Shown piece after piece: positions 41,336-51,915 of a stretch of DNA of 64,000 nucleotides. Origin of the DNA: Methyloligellaceae bacterium (GTDB lineage Bacteria; Pseudomonadota; Alphaproteobacteria; Rhizobiales; CBDHHC01); assembly GCA_050633205.1 (NCBI GenBank), contig JBOEGA010000050.1, forward strand, positions 8,202 to 72,201. Direction: 5' to 3'. A program made the position numbers and the translations under genes. Numbering within the stretch: position 1 is the first letter of the stretch; each line of letters starts with the position of its first letter. The notes under the pieces were generated by a model that ran no database searches, was not told the DNA's origin, and worked only from the letters and a program-made list of their open reading frames with translations.

Positions 41336-41571
41336 CGTGGAGTATACTGCAACGTGATCATTTATCAGATCAATCGGTATATAATTTGCTGCAAAATCCA
41401 AGTTTCAGGTATGAAAATCTCTCTGCACTGAAATTTCAAACTTCCATTCTGAACCAAAAGGATCTTAATGCATATCGAATTATCTAATTTAGAAATATGC
41501 ATTTGATTCATGTAGGTTGTTCCGGTAATTTTGGACTTTACCTGAAACACTAACTGTATAGTACCTCAAGC

Positions 41572-42273
41572 ATGTTCGAGATTTTAAATGAAGTTCCCCA
41601 GATTGAGCGGATGACAAAGCTTGTATCTGACGGCGGAGCTGTTGTGGCTATCCTATTAATACTGGGAGTTTTTACCGGAACTATAATGATCAGGAAGCTG
41701 TTTCAGTTTATCTGGCTTATGTTTGCAGGCAAAGCCAGAGTAAATTTTGCTATTGGCCTCTGGATTTCCGGCGACAGGGAAAACGCATACAAGCGTGTAG
41801 AACGGCTTGGAGGACCTACGGCCAAGGTTGTTGCGCATCTTATGCGCGGCATGATGAGGGGGGCTGAAAAGGAAGCCAGGGTCCGTGAAGATGTAGAACG
41901 CATTGCTGCTCATCAGCTCTCAAAGCTGAGATCATGGTTTCGTGCTATTGAAGCGGTTGTTCAGGTTGCTCCACTGCTCGGACTGTTCGGTACTGTTATC
42001 GGGATGATCGAAGCCTTTCAGAACCTGCAAAACGCAGGCACAGAGGTTGATCCGGCGCTACTTGCAGGCGGCATATGGGTTGCGTTGCTGACAACGGCTG
42101 TAGGACTTGCTGTTGCTATCCCGGCGGCATTTGTTCTGTACTGGCTGGAATCCATGGCTGACAAAGAGCAGGAGCAAATGGAAGCTGCCATCACCAGTAT
42201 ATTAACCGGCCGCATTACTGAAGGTCCGTTACCCCAGATGAACAAGGTGGTGTCTGTAGACCATGCAGCTTAA
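41572..42273 (+). CDS. exbB: MotA/TolQ/ExbB-family proton channel
   Basis: 233 aa. Motif ..[17 protein letters not shown]... Confidence 0.85.
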   Translation: MFEILNEVPQIERMTKLVSDGGAVVAILLILGVFTGTIMIRKLFQFIWLMFAGKARVNFAIGLWISGDRENAYKRVERLGGPTAKVVAHLMRGMMRGAEKEARVREDVERIAAHQLSKLRSWFRAIEAVVQVAPLLGLFGTVIGMIEAFQNLQNAGTEVDPALLAGGIWVALLTTAVGLAVAIPAAFVLYWLESMADKEQEQMEAAITSILTGRITEGPLPQMNKVVSVDHAA

Positions 42274-42655
42274 CCCTGATCAGCAAAAACGTCTGAGACG
42301 GATCAGCCTTACCCCATTGATTGATGTGGTTTTTCTTCTGCTGATTTTCTTTATGCTGTCATCTTCATTTCTGAAGTTTATTAATATACCTGTTGAAGGT
42401 GCCTCCCAGTCATCCGGCGGTGGTATCAACAGGGCTGAGCTGGCTATCCTATCTATTGATGCTGAGGGGCAAATCAAAATTGACGGGCAGGTCGTCTCAC
42501 TTGATGGTCTTGAAGAGTATTTAAATGAAGTCCTGGCCAAAGGGCAAACCAAGGTTGTTATCCGTGCTCTGGAGGGTGTCAAAGCCCAAAAAATAATAGA
42601 GGTCCTGCATAAAGCCCGTCAGTCAAAAGTTAAGACGATAATGCTGGCTCGTTAA
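42263..42655 (+). CDS. exbD: ExbD/TolR-family biopolymer transport protein
   Basis: 130 aa. Motif [18 protein letters not shown]. Overlaps the exbB end by 11 nt. Confidence 0.85.
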   Translation: MQLNPDQQKRLRRISLTPLIDVVFLLLIFFMLSSSFLKFINIPVEGASQSSGGGINRAELAILSIDAEGQIKIDGQVVSLDGLEEYLNEVLAKGQTKVVIRALEGVKAQKIIEVLHKARQSKVKTIMLAR

Positions 42656-42667
42656 GGGAGATGATCA

Positions 42668-43078
42668 ATGAAAATAAAAACACCTCCCCGTAAACGGCCG
42701 GAAGAAAATGTTATCCCACTAATCAATGTTGTTTTTCTGATGCTAGTTTTTTTTCTGGTGGCCGGAACACTGAAATCCTTTTCAACCAAGGATATTAAAC
42801 TGATTGATGTTCAGGACGAGGAAAAGCACAACTCCAAAAATGTTATGATGCATATCAGGTCTGATGGCATTATTTTATTTAACGGACAGGAATTTACCAG
42901 AGAACAACTGAAGGAAATCCTTACAGATTCTTTTGCACTGAGCCATGGAGACAAACCATTTTATGTGATAGCTGACCGTGAAACTGATGCTGTGGGACTT
43001 CTTGAGATTCTTGAAATCGTTAAAGGTGCTGGTATCAAAAAGGTTCAGCTTGTTGCTATTCGAAAGGGTAATAAATGA
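42668..43078 (+). CDS. exbD: ExbD/TolR-family biopolymer transport protein (second copy)
   Basis: 136 aa. Motif NVIPLINVVFLMLVFFLV. Confidence 0.85.
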   Translation: MKIKTPPRKRPEENVIPLINVVFLMLVFFLVAGTLKSFSTKDIKLIDVQDEEKHNSKNVMMHIRSDGIILFNGQEFTREQLKEILTDSFALSHGDKPFYVIADRETDAVGLLEILEIVKGAGIKKVQLVAIRKGNK

Positions 43079-43974
43079 AGCATTCTATCCTTTCATGGGC
43101 TGGTGCATTTATCTTTACTCTGGCCGGTTTTATGGGGCTTTTCAGTTATACAGGAGGTGCTCCCGAAGTTCTGGTAGAGAGATCCAGTGGTGCCACGGTT
43201 GCGATTATCGGTGGCGGTATTATTGCCGAGCTTGAATCCGAGAAAGAAAGCACTGTAGAATCCAAGACTTCCAAAGAAGTTAAAGCAGATCCGGAACCGG
43301 AGCCTGAAAAAGAACCAATTGAAAAGCCTGTCGAAAAGGTTGAGGAAAAGCAACCTGAACCTGTCAAGGAAGCCCCCAAAGAGCCTGTAAAAGAAACACA
43401 GAAAGATCCGATTAAAGAAGTTAAGGCTGCTGAAACGCCTGAAGTCGAACCTGAAAAAGCAATCGCAAAACAGGAAAACAAAAAGGAAGAAAAGAAGCCT
43501 GAACCTCCCAAGAAGGTTGTCAAAAAGAAAGAAACTGAAAAGCCAAAGCCCAAGAAGAAGAAAGTTGTAAGAAAAAAGAAAAAGCGCAGCAAAGCCTCGA
43601 GAGCGCAAAGAAGGTCTGGCCGGCGTGTTGATTCTGCCCGCAAGGGTGGTGGGGCCAGAGGACGCCAGAAAAACATTTCCGGCAATGCAGCAAGATCAAA
43701 CTTCCTGGGACAGGTTAATTCCAGGCTTGCCCGTTTTAAACAGTATCCGGCAGATGCCAGAAGACGCGGAACACGTGGCAAAGTTGTAGTTCGTTTTTCA
43801 ATCTCCGCATCAGGTGCATTGAGGTCTGTCAGTGTTGTAAGAAGCTCAGGCACTGCAATTCTTGATCGGGCAGCCTTAAGTACAGTTCGGAGAGCTTCAC
43901 CTTTTCCCAGACTTCCAAGCGGGATGTCGGCGCCGCAAAGCTTTACGGCACCGATCGATTTTACAATACGATAG
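43075..43974 (+). CDS. tonB: Energy transducer TonB
   Basis: N-terminal anchor, then a PEPK/KKE-rich spacer, then the C-terminal TonB domain (YPADARRRGTRGKVVVRFSISASG..). ATGA overlap with the upstream exbD. Confidence 0.8.
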   Translation: MKHSILSWAGAFIFTLAGFMGLFSYTGGAPEVLVERSSGATVAIIGGGIIAELESEKESTVESKTSKEVKADPEPEPEKEPIEKPVEKVEEKQPEPVKEAPKEPVKETQKDPIKEVKAAETPEVEPEKAIAKQENKKEEKKPEPPKKVVKKKETEKPKPKKKKVVRKKKKRSKASRAQRRSGRRVDSARKGGGARGRQKNISGNAARSNFLGQVNSRLARFKQYPADARRRGTRGKVVVRFSISASGALRSVSVVRSSGTAILDRAALSTVRRASPFPRLPSGMSAPQSFTAPIDFTIR

Positions 43975-43980
43975 CTACAC

Positions 43981-45639
43981 TCAGGCGTTTGGTGCAGCAG
44001 TTGTTCCTTCACCAGATGCAGCATTCTGGTACAGGTCCTGATATTCATCGCGTATTTTACGTTTCAGAACCTTGCCTGTTGCCGTGTGCGGAAGCTCGGA
44101 GACAAAAACCACTTCATCAGGCAACCACCATTTAACAACCTGTTCACCCAGATAAGCCAGGATATCTTCTTTAGTTGCCTCAACACCTTCCTTCAAAACT
44201 ACAGCAAGCAGAGGACGCTCTGCCCATTGTGGATGAGGTAAACCAACAACTGCACATTCAGCAATAGCAGCATGCCCCATAGCGGCATTTTCGACATCTA
44301 CCGAACTGATCCACTCACCACCTGACTTGATGATGTCTTTGGCCCTGTCCACGATCTGCAGGAAGCCCTGCTCATCCATGGTTGCAACATCTCCGGTATC
44401 GAACCAGTCACCTTCCCATGCAGATTGCTCAGCTTCCTTATAATAGCCACTGGCTATCCATGGGCCCTTAACAAGCAGTCGCCCTGAGGTTTTGCCATCA
44501 TGAGGCTGATCGACACCGTCATCGTCTGCAATCCGCATCTGAACACCGAATACCGGGCGCCCCTGGCTTTTCTGAAGCTGAAAGCGTTCATCCATAGAAA
44601 CACCTTCCATATAGCGGCTTGGCGGGTTTGAAGTTCCCAAAGGCGACATTTCAGTCATTCCCCAGGCATGAACAACAAATACACCATGCTTTTCTTCAAA
44701 TGCCTTAATCATTGAGAGAGGTGCAGCAGAACCACCGATTACAGCGCGTGTAACAGATGTCAGCGTTACATTTTCCTTTTCACAATGCTGCAACAGATTC
44801 AGCCATACAGTTGGTACACCGAGAAGAAGATCTGCGTTTTCCTCTGTGACCATCTCCTGAAGAGATTTTCCATCAAGACCTGGGCCAGGAAGCACAAGCT
44901 TGGCACCAGCCATTGCTGCAGAATAAGGAATGCCCCAGGCATTAACGTGGAACATCGGTACCACCGGAAGTACGACATTCTGGGAGCCCATTCCCAGCGC
45001 ACTTGGCGTACATGCTGCTATGGCATGCAATACTGTCGAGCGGTGGCTGTAAACCACACCTTTCGGGTTGCCTGTTGTTCCAGAGGTGTAACACATGGAG
45101 GCTGCCAGATTCTCGTTCATATCCGGCCATTCATATTCATCTGACTGGTCGGCAATTAAATCTTCATAGGAAATCAGATCAAGAGGCGATTCAGGGATTG
45201 CTTCTTTTGGTGCCAGCACAACCACATGTTTCAGTTTTGGCAGTTTGTCATGGATTGCGTTAATGAGAGGCAGGAAGGTTATATCAATAAATAATACAAC
45301 ATCTTCCGCGTGGTTCATGATGTATACAAGCTGTTCCGGATGCAAACGCGGGTTAATTGTATGAAGAATAGCTCCACTGCCAGAGACGGCATAGTAAGTC
45401 TCGTAATGGCGATGGTTATTCCATGCCAGCGTTGCTATACGATCCTGAAAGCTTATCCCGAGTTTACTATATAGTGCATTTGCGAGCTGTCTTGCCCTTT
45501 TTGCTGCATCCTTATAAGTATAGCGATGAATTCCACCTTCTGTGTTGCGGCTTACGATCTGGGTGTCGCCACTAAATCGCTCAGCGTGCTCCAGTATTGA
45601 CGATATCGTCAGCTGCACATTCATCATTTCGCCGAACAT
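43981..45639 (-). CDS. AMP-dependent acyl-CoA synthetase (fatty-acid--CoA ligase family)
   Basis: 552 aa. AMP-binding motif [12 protein letters not shown], with GEW..TGD and GKVLKR downstream. Confidence 0.85.
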   Translation of the reverse strand: MFGEMMNVQLTISSILEHAERFSGDTQIVSRNTEGGIHRYTYKDAAKRARQLANALYSKLGISFQDRIATLAWNNHRHYETYYAVSGSGAILHTINPRLHPEQLVYIMNHAEDVVLFIDITFLPLINAIHDKLPKLKHVVVLAPKEAIPESPLDLISYEDLIADQSDEYEWPDMNENLAASMCYTSGTTGNPKGVVYSHRSTVLHAIAACTPSALGMGSQNVVLPVVPMFHVNAWGIPYSAAMAGAKLVLPGPGLDGKSLQEMVTEENADLLLGVPTVWLNLLQHCEKENVTLTSVTRAVIGGSAAPLSMIKAFEEKHGVFVVHAWGMTEMSPLGTSNPPSRYMEGVSMDERFQLQKSQGRPVFGVQMRIADDDGVDQPHDGKTSGRLLVKGPWIASGYYKEAEQSAWEGDWFDTGDVATMDEQGFLQIVDRAKDIIKSGGEWISSVDVENAAMGHAAIAECAVVGLPHPQWAERPLLAVVLKEGVEATKEDILAYLGEQVVKWWLPDEVVFVSELPHTATGKVLKRKIRDEYQDLYQNAASGEGTTAAPNA

Positions 45640-45863
45640 AGAGTTCTCCTTGTCGTTTTTCCGAGACTTTTAATGCTTACGGATTGGTATTGCCCTTGGT
45701 ATTTGCGCGAGGAAGCGCAAGTTTTATTTTATACTTTTTACGACAGTACTTTAGTAGTCTACCTTTGGCTAAGTAAAGACAGTATTCCGCACCCTGATTT
45801 TATTAACCAGTGTTACAAATTGTTTTTTTAATGCGGGACAATATTTCTAATGGCAAGCAGTCG

Positions 45864-46697
45864 TTAAGCTACCCATTTTGATAATACCGCTTTGAGGGCT
45901 TCTTCACTGACAGGTTTGGAAATATAATCATTCATCCCTGCACGCGCGCATTTTTTGCGATCCTCTTTTTTCTCATTTGCAGTAAAGGCTATAATCGGGC
46001 AGGCATTGAGGTCCCCCTACCCCATACGATCTTTAAGAAGTCTGGCTGCTTCATAACCATCCATTTTGGGCATATGGCAATCCATGAATATCAATTGAAA
46101 AACCTGTTTTTCCAGTAAAGCAACGGCTTCCTCACCATCTTCCGCCATTGTTACTTTACATCCCAGATCATCCAGCATCATTTCAGCGATCATGCGGTTA
46201 GTCTGGTTATCCTCAACCAATAAAATCTCAGTTCCCTGAAAACTGGTAACAGAATCAGAAAGAAGATCTTCTTCAGGAGCATATCCGGAATAAAGCTGGA
46301 GATATTGTTTGATTTTTCCAATGAATGACAAGGAATTAAGAGGTCTTTGTACGCAATCGACCGCACCAAGCTTCAACGGCTCCAAGCTGGAGAATACGGC
46401 GGAGATATCATCTGTTATAATGATAATCGGAACAGCACAGATTTTTTCTTCCTGCTTGATCCATTGAATGGTTTCACTACAGACCTGATAAGAAGTCTGA
46501 AGATCAAATATCAGAAGAGAAAAATCATACTTCATTAATTTTCTGAGAGCATCTGTTCCAAACTCTGCCTCAATAAATTCTGCATTCAGATTGAGGTCAG
46601 GCAGCAGCTCTTCTGCACTCCCCGGCTCATCACGAACCAGCAGAATTTTTGCGTCAGACTTTGCAGTGTTATTTGTTAAGTTGAGAGACCCCATCAC
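45864..46697 (-). pseudogene. Tandem-receiver (REC-REC) response regulator interrupted by an in-frame TAG at 46017-46019
   Basis: My translation past the stop stays in frame: ..FMDCHMPKMDGYEAARLLKDRMG*GDLNACPIIAFTANEKKEDRKKCARAGMNDYISKPVSEEALKAVLSKWVA(TAA at 45864-45866). This supplies the missing conserved T (AFTAN) and K-P (ISKP) of the second receiver domain. Confidence 0.7.
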
Positions 46698-46802
46698 ACA
46701 CTACCATCAGAATTAAGGTTAATCTGACTTCAGTGATGCCATAAATAGACTGGTAAAGGGTTAAAGCTGACGATAATTAATCGCTTTTGCTTTTCTGATC
46801 AG

Positions 46803-46828
46803 AAAAAATGGGCAGCGATTGCTGCCCA
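46803..46828 (-). terminator. Rho-independent terminator after the oxidoreductase gene
   Basis: 8-bp stem TGGGCAGC/GCTGCCCA with loop GATT. T6 follows on the minus strand. Confidence 0.75.
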
Positions 46829-46839
46829 CCTGATTTATT

Positions 46840-47808
46840 TTAAGGTACGAGAACGATTTTGCCAGTGGCACCACGATCAAGAACACGTTTGAGAACTTCT
46901 GCCGCATCCGCCAGAGGATAACGCCCTTCAATAACAGGCTTAATCTCTCCACTTTGATACCAGGCAATAAGCTCTTCCATATTTTTAGCGTAATCAGCAG
47001 GCTGATATCTGGTGAAAGAACCCCAGAATACGCCAACAACACTGTATTCCTTAACCAATGAAAGGTTTACAGGGAAGTTTGGAACAGTGCCTGAAGCAAA
47101 GCCAATAACCAGCAGGCGGCCGTTTCTTGCCATGCAGCGTGTCGCTGCATCGAATGCGTCACCACCAACCGGATCAAATACGACATCAACGCCTTTGCCA
47201 TCAGTCATGGTTTTGAGGTTATCTTTAAGGTTCTCGTATCCGATAACCTCATCTGCGCCTGCGTTTTTGGCAATCTCACGTTTGGCATCGCTGGAGGCAA
47301 CAGCTATGACATGAGCCCCCATAGCTTTACCAATCTGGACAGCGGCAACTCCTGTAGCACCTGCAGCGCCAAGAACAACCAGCTTTTCACCTGGTTTTAG
47401 CTGAGCACGCTGCTTCAGGGCATGGTGGGATGTACCATATGCACAAAGCAGAGCACATGCATCAGCTGCATCCATACCTTCAGGCAGCGGATAAGTACGG
47501 TCTTCCGTACAATGTACTTTTTCCGCATATCCAGCCAGAGAACAAAGCATCGCCACGCGGTCGCCAACTTTAAAGTTTTTGACATCAGGACCGACTGCTT
47601 CAACAACGCCAGCTGCTTCCATTCCAGGGATAAATGGCCGCTCAGGCTTCATTTGATAAAGACCCTGAACCAACAGACCGTCCGGGTAGTTTACGCCTAT
47701 TGCTTCCGGTTTGATAACAATTGTATCTCCGGTAGCCTCAGGATCGGCAGTTTCTCCATAAACAAGCTGATCCAGAGGGGCGAACTCATTACAAATGATT
47801 GCTTTCAT
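46840..47808 (-). CDS. NADPH:quinone oxidoreductase / MDR-superfamily zinc-independent dehydrogenase
   Basis: 322 aa. Nucleotide motif VLGAAGATGVAAVQ. QOR-like throughout. Confidence 0.85.
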   Translation of the reverse strand: MKAIICNEFAPLDQLVYGETADPEATGDTIVIKPEAIGVNYPDGLLVQGLYQMKPERPFIPGMEAAGVVEAVGPDVKNFKVGDRVAMLCSLAGYAEKVHCTEDRTYPLPEGMDAADACALLCAYGTSHHALKQRAQLKPGEKLVVLGAAGATGVAAVQIGKAMGAHVIAVASSDAKREIAKNAGADEVIGYENLKDNLKTMTDGKGVDVVFDPVGGDAFDAATRCMARNGRLLVIGFASGTVPNFPVNLSLVKEYSVVGVFWGSFTRYQPADYAKNMEELIAWYQSGEIKPVIEGRYPLADAAEVLKRVLDRGATGKIVLVP

Positions 47809-47814
47809 ATGTCT

Positions 47815-49056
47815 TTAAACCTTTTCCTGCGTATATTTCTTCAACTCGGCGCGTGCAATCTGGCGGCGATGTACGGCATCAGGGCCATCTGCCAGGCGAA
47901 GAGTACGAAGTTTCGTCCAGGAAGCTGCAAGTGGTGTATCCTGGGATACGCCTGCACCACCATGCATCTGAACAGCCTCATCAACGATTTTAACTGCGAT
48001 GCGAGGTGCTATTACTTTAATCTGGCTGATCCATGGAGCGGCTGCACGAGGGTCACCCTGATCCATCATCCAAGCAGCCTTCAGACACAGGAGGCGAGCC
48101 ATTTCGATTTCCATGCGGCATTCTGCAATGATGTCATAGTTTGCACCAAGCTGGGCCAGCTTTTTACCAAATGCTTCACGTTCCAGAGAGCGCTTACACA
48201 TTGCTTCCAAAGCTTTTTCTGACTGACCAATAGCACGCATACAGTGGTGAATACGTCCAGGGCCAAGGCGCCCCTGAGATATTTCGAAGCCGCGGCCTTC
48301 ACCTAACAGAAGGTTTTCAGCCGGAACACGAACATTTGTGAAGCGAATATGCATATGACCATGGGGTGCATCGTCATTACCATAAACTTCCATTGCACGA
48401 AGGATTTCAACACCTTCAGAGTCTGCAGGAACGAGAACCTGAGAGTGACGCTGGTGCTTTGGCGTATTTTCATCACCTGTACGAACCATTGTAATGTAAA
48501 TTTTACAACGCGGGTCACCTGCGCCGGAAGACCACCATTTTTCGCCATTCAGCACATATTCGTCTCCATCACGGACACAGGACATGCTGACATTTGTCGC
48601 GTCAGATGAAGCAACGCCAGGCTCGGTCATAAGATAAGCTGAACGGATTTCACCAGCAAGAAGTGGTTTCAGCCATTTTTCTTTATGTTCTTCATTACCA
48701 TAGCGCTCAAGAACTTCCATATTTCCTGTGTCGGGGGCCGAACAGTTGAATACTTCTGAACCAAGGCGGGCTTTACCCATTTCTTCTGCAAGGTAAGCGT
48801 ATTCTACAGTTGTAAGGCCGTAACCTTTTTCAGAGTCTGTTAAAAAAAAGTTCCAGAGTTTGCGCTCTTTTGCTTTATTTTTCAGACCTTCAAGGATTTC
48901 GTCCATACGTGCAGTATGTTCCCAGCGACTGCCGTTTTTACCTATTTCGTCGTAATATTCCTGCTCGATAGGGAGTATTTCGTTTTGAACCATATCGGTT
49001 ACGGCATCCAATAGCGGTTTCAACCGCTCTGTTTTGCCTAAGGCCATTTCTGTCAT
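47815..49056 (-). CDS. Acyl-CoA dehydrogenase, FadE2 / ACAD10-11-type
   Basis: 413 aa. ACAD fold motifs (..[15 protein letters not shown].., ..[12 protein letters not shown]..). The long N-terminal helical lead-in is typical of the FadE2 subgroup. ATGA overlap with the tetR stop. Confidence 0.85.
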   Translation of the reverse strand: MTEMALGKTERLKPLLDAVTDMVQNEILPIEQEYYDEIGKNGSRWEHTARMDEILEGLKNKAKERKLWNFFLTDSEKGYGLTTVEYAYLAEEMGKARLGSEVFNCSAPDTGNMEVLERYGNEEHKEKWLKPLLAGEIRSAYLMTEPGVASSDATNVSMSCVRDGDEYVLNGEKWWSSGAGDPRCKIYITMVRTGDENTPKHQRHSQVLVPADSEGVEILRAMEVYGNDDAPHGHMHIRFTNVRVPAENLLLGEGRGFEISQGRLGPGRIHHCMRAIGQSEKALEAMCKRSLEREAFGKKLAQLGANYDIIAECRMEIEMARLLCLKAAWMMDQGDPRAAAPWISQIKVIAPRIAVKIVDEAVQMHGGAGVSQDTPLAASWTKLRTLRLADGPDAVHRRQIARAELKKYTQEKV

Positions 49057-49700
49057 TGCAGAATCCTTCCTCTGTCTGCTCCTAAACCTGTCAACGCATA
49101 GACAACAACCTGATGCGCTAATTTTTTTATGTCTTCTTCAGTCTGTCCGGGGCGCTCTTTGTACCAGTATACGGGGGAATTGAGCGACATAAAGATCAGC
49201 TGTACGGCAATACCTATATTTGGGTATGAGAGATCTCCGTCTTCTTTTGCCTGCTCCATAACCTCTCTGAAGATAAGAGAATACTGCCTTCTTATTTCCA
49301 GTAACTCTTCCAGAGTTTCTCTTTGTTCGGGGGTCGTTGCTCCACGCACGTGGATCTCGACGCCTTCCCTGACAACTCTTTGAAAAGATTTTGTTTTCAT
49401 CATTGTTACGGTATGGCAAAGCGACATTTTCTGCAGACGTTCAAACGCAGGGGCATCACTCTGATAGGTATTGCGGATAGCTTCAAAGCAGGTATCCATG
49501 CCGACGCGATAGACACCGAAAAACAAATCTGCCTTTGAAGCGAAAAAGTGGTATATTCTGCCTTTGGTACACCCTAACCGGCGTGCGACATCATCAATAC
49601 TCGTGGCATTATACCCACGTTCTGCGAAACATTTCGCGGCCATGCGCAGGATATCCATCTGACCTTCCTGAAGAACACTTGGCGCAGGTATCGGTGACAT
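49053..49700 (-). CDS. TetR/AcrR-family transcriptional regulator
   Basis: HTH region is [29 protein letters not shown]. The start is set to the ATG at 49700, which has a GGGAGAG SD. The ORF track extends to 49715. Confidence 0.85.
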   Translation of the reverse strand: MSPIPAPSVLQEGQMDILRMAAKCFAERGYNATSIDDVARRLGCTKGRIYHFFASKADLFFGVYRVGMDTCFEAIRNTYQSDAPAFERLQKMSLCHTVTMMKTKSFQRVVREGVEIHVRGATTPEQRETLEELLEIRRQYSLIFREVMEQAKEDGDLSYPNIGIAVQLIFMSLNSPVYWYKERPGQTEEDIKKLAHQVVVYALTGLGADRGRILQ

Positions 49701-49877
49701 TATTCGCTCTCCCATTGGAGTGTCATACGTTCATAACTTCGCGCATGACTCATCGTCCTAAAGCTCTTTACATTATAATAAAAGAACTACATACTACCCG
49801 GCATGTTGTCAAGCGGCTCCATGTTAACCATCATGTATCTGAGGCCGAAAAAAATACGGAAATCGGGAGAAATATGT

Positions 49878-50693
49878 ATGTCTTACCTAGACACGCTTTT
49901 TGCGCTTAATGGAAAAAAAGCCCTTATTACAGGTGGTGCAACCGGCATTGGCCGTATGGTTGCCGAAGCTCTTGTTCAGGCCGGGGCTCATGTGATGATC
50001 GCTTCGCGTAAAGCTGAAGACTGTGCGAAGGTTGCTGAAGAGCTTAATGCAATGGATGCGTCCGGTTCAGCAGAAGGGTTCGGAGGCGATGTTTCAACCG
50101 AAGAAGGCATTACTGCCCTTTCCAATGAAGTTAAGAGCCGTACTGATACATTGCACATCCTGTTTAATAATGCCGGTGTTACATGGGGAGCGCCTCTGGA
50201 AGAGTTTCCTCACAGTGCCTGGAGCAAGGTTTTTGATGTTAATGTTGCCGGGCTATTTACCCTCACACGCGATCTGATCCCTTTGCTTGAAAAAGGTGGT
50301 ACTGCTGATGATCCGGCGAGAATTATTAATATAGGCTCTGTTATGGGCACGATGACAATGCTTGGGGTTTATTCCTACTCGGCTTCAAAGTCTGCAGTTC
50401 ACCATATTACACGCATGCTGGCTTCCGAACTTGCTCCCAAGCATATTACAGTGAATGCATTCGCTCCGGGGCCGTTTGAGAGCAAAATGACCGCATTTGC
50501 CATGAAGGATGCTGAAAGGCAGAAAAAGATCGCTGAAAGTGTTCCACTTGGTCGCATCGGGCGGGCTGAAGACCTTGCAGGGGCTGCATTGTTCTTGTGT
50601 GGACGCGGTGGCTCGTATATATCTGGCGCAATTTTGCCGCTTGATGGTGGTAAGACGGCTGAGAGCCCAATTCGCGCGCTAGGCGAAGAATAA
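49878..50693 (+). CDS. SDR-family oxidoreductase
   Basis: Motifs TGGATGIGR, NNAG and YSASK. The ATG at 49878 has a GGGAGA SD. The ORF track extends to 49803. Confidence 0.85.
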   Translation: MSYLDTLFALNGKKALITGGATGIGRMVAEALVQAGAHVMIASRKAEDCAKVAEELNAMDASGSAEGFGGDVSTEEGITALSNEVKSRTDTLHILFNNAGVTWGAPLEEFPHSAWSKVFDVNVAGLFTLTRDLIPLLEKGGTADDPARIINIGSVMGTMTMLGVYSYSASKSAVHHITRMLASELAPKHITVNAFAPGPFESKMTAFAMKDAERQKKIAESVPLGRIGRAEDLAGAALFLCGRGGSYISGAILPLDGGKTAESPIRALGEE

Positions 50694-50728
50694 GATCAAT
50701 TACATACAAGACTGACGGAGCATAATTT

Positions 50729-51763
50729 ATGACCGCTGATGCTAATACCCTCGATATGGCTGCTTTGGCGCCTGCGCTGGAAAAAGACGTACTAGGGTTT
50801 TCCGGATTGAACGAAATAACCAAGTTTAATACGGGGCAATCCAACCCAACCTACCTTCTGACTGCGGATAGCGGTAAATATGTGCTACGTGCCAAACCGC
50901 CCGGAAAACTGCTGAAATCTGCCCATCAGGTAGACCGGGAGTTTCGGGTTATGAACGCGCTGAAAGAGACAGATGTACCTGTTCCGGAAACACTTTTTCT
51001 GTCAGAAGAAGACAGCGCTATCGGGCGTATGTTTTACGTGATGAAGTTTCTGGATGGGCGGATTCTCAAGGATTTCACGCTTCCTGAAGTGCCGAAGGAA
51101 GATCGTGTCAAATATTATGATGCGATGAATGATGTGCTTGCCAGAATGCATTCTCTGGATGTTAATGCCATTGGTCTTGGGGATTATGGCCGCCCTGGAA
51201 ATTACTATGCCAGACAGCTTTCAACATGGACAAAACAGTACAGAGCCTCGGAAACCGGGCTTGTTCAGCCTATGGAAGATCTAATCACGTGGCTTAACGC
51301 AGAATTACCTGATGATGACGGTACAGTTACGCTTGTTCACGGCGATTACCGTCTGGATAACGTGATGTTCCATAAAGAGCGTCCTGAAGTCATCGGAGTT
51401 CTGGACTGGGAACTTTCAACTCTGGGACACCCGCTTGCCGATCTGGCCTATCAGTGCATGTACTGGCGTTTGCCTCATGACAGTCTGTTTGCAGGTCTTG
51501 GTGGTCTGGACCGTACCGAGCTTGGTATGCCGTTTGAGAAAGATTATGTTGAAGCTTATTGCAAGCGTCGCGGGATTGAGGGTGTTGATCACTGGACTTT
51601 CTGTCTGGCGTTTGCTGTCTTCCGTTTCAACTCGATTATTCAGGGCGTTTACAAACGTTCACTTGACGGAAATGCGTCAAACCCTGAGCGGGCTAAAATG
51701 CTTGGGGCGGCAGTTCCTGTACTTGCAGAAATTGCCCTTGATATGATCCGTTCCGAAAGCTGA
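50729..51763 (+). CDS. Phosphotransferase-family (APH-fold) kinase, ACAD10/11 N-domain-like
   Basis: 344 aa. Contains GQSNPTYLL near the N-terminus, the catalytic segment LVHGDYRLDNVMF and DWELS. Confidence 0.8.
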   Translation: MTADANTLDMAALAPALEKDVLGFSGLNEITKFNTGQSNPTYLLTADSGKYVLRAKPPGKLLKSAHQVDREFRVMNALKETDVPVPETLFLSEEDSAIGRMFYVMKFLDGRILKDFTLPEVPKEDRVKYYDAMNDVLARMHSLDVNAIGLGDYGRPGNYYARQLSTWTKQYRASETGLVQPMEDLITWLNAELPDDDGTVTLVHGDYRLDNVMFHKERPEVIGVLDWELSTLGHPLADLAYQCMYWRLPHDSLFAGLGGLDRTELGMPFEKDYVEAYCKRRGIEGVDHWTFCLAFAVFRFNSIIQGVYKRSLDGNASNPERAKMLGAAVPVLAEIALDMIRSES

Positions 51764-51781
51764 TTAAATATGAAAATGACG

Positions 51782-51806
51782 GGAGCATTGATATGCTCCT
51801 GTCTTA
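51782..51806 (+). terminator. Possible intrinsic terminator
   Basis: Stem GGAGCAT/ATGCTCC with loop TGAT, followed by TGTCTT. The T tract is weak. Confidence 0.35.
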
Positions 51807-51915
51807 CCTGCCTCGATTTTCATACCTTATTAATATTTTCCATTCCCGAATTCACAGATCCAGACTTCAGACCAGCTGCTGTTATACATTAAATTAAACA
51901 TGTTACCTTAAGAAT

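Noticed and set aside
43093-44048. Two long ORFs (171 and 300 aa) antisense to tonB
   Set aside because: They are shadow frames of the PEPK/KKE low-complexity TonB spacer. Their products are repetitive F/L/S/G strings. The plus-strand TonB reading has a clear anchor and C-terminal domain.
47422-48222. 266-aa plus-strand ORF spanning the oxidoreductase/ACAD junction
   Set aside because: It is antisense to two genes with strong family motifs and crosses their intergenic gap. Its composition is not protein-like (Cys/Phe/Ser-rich).
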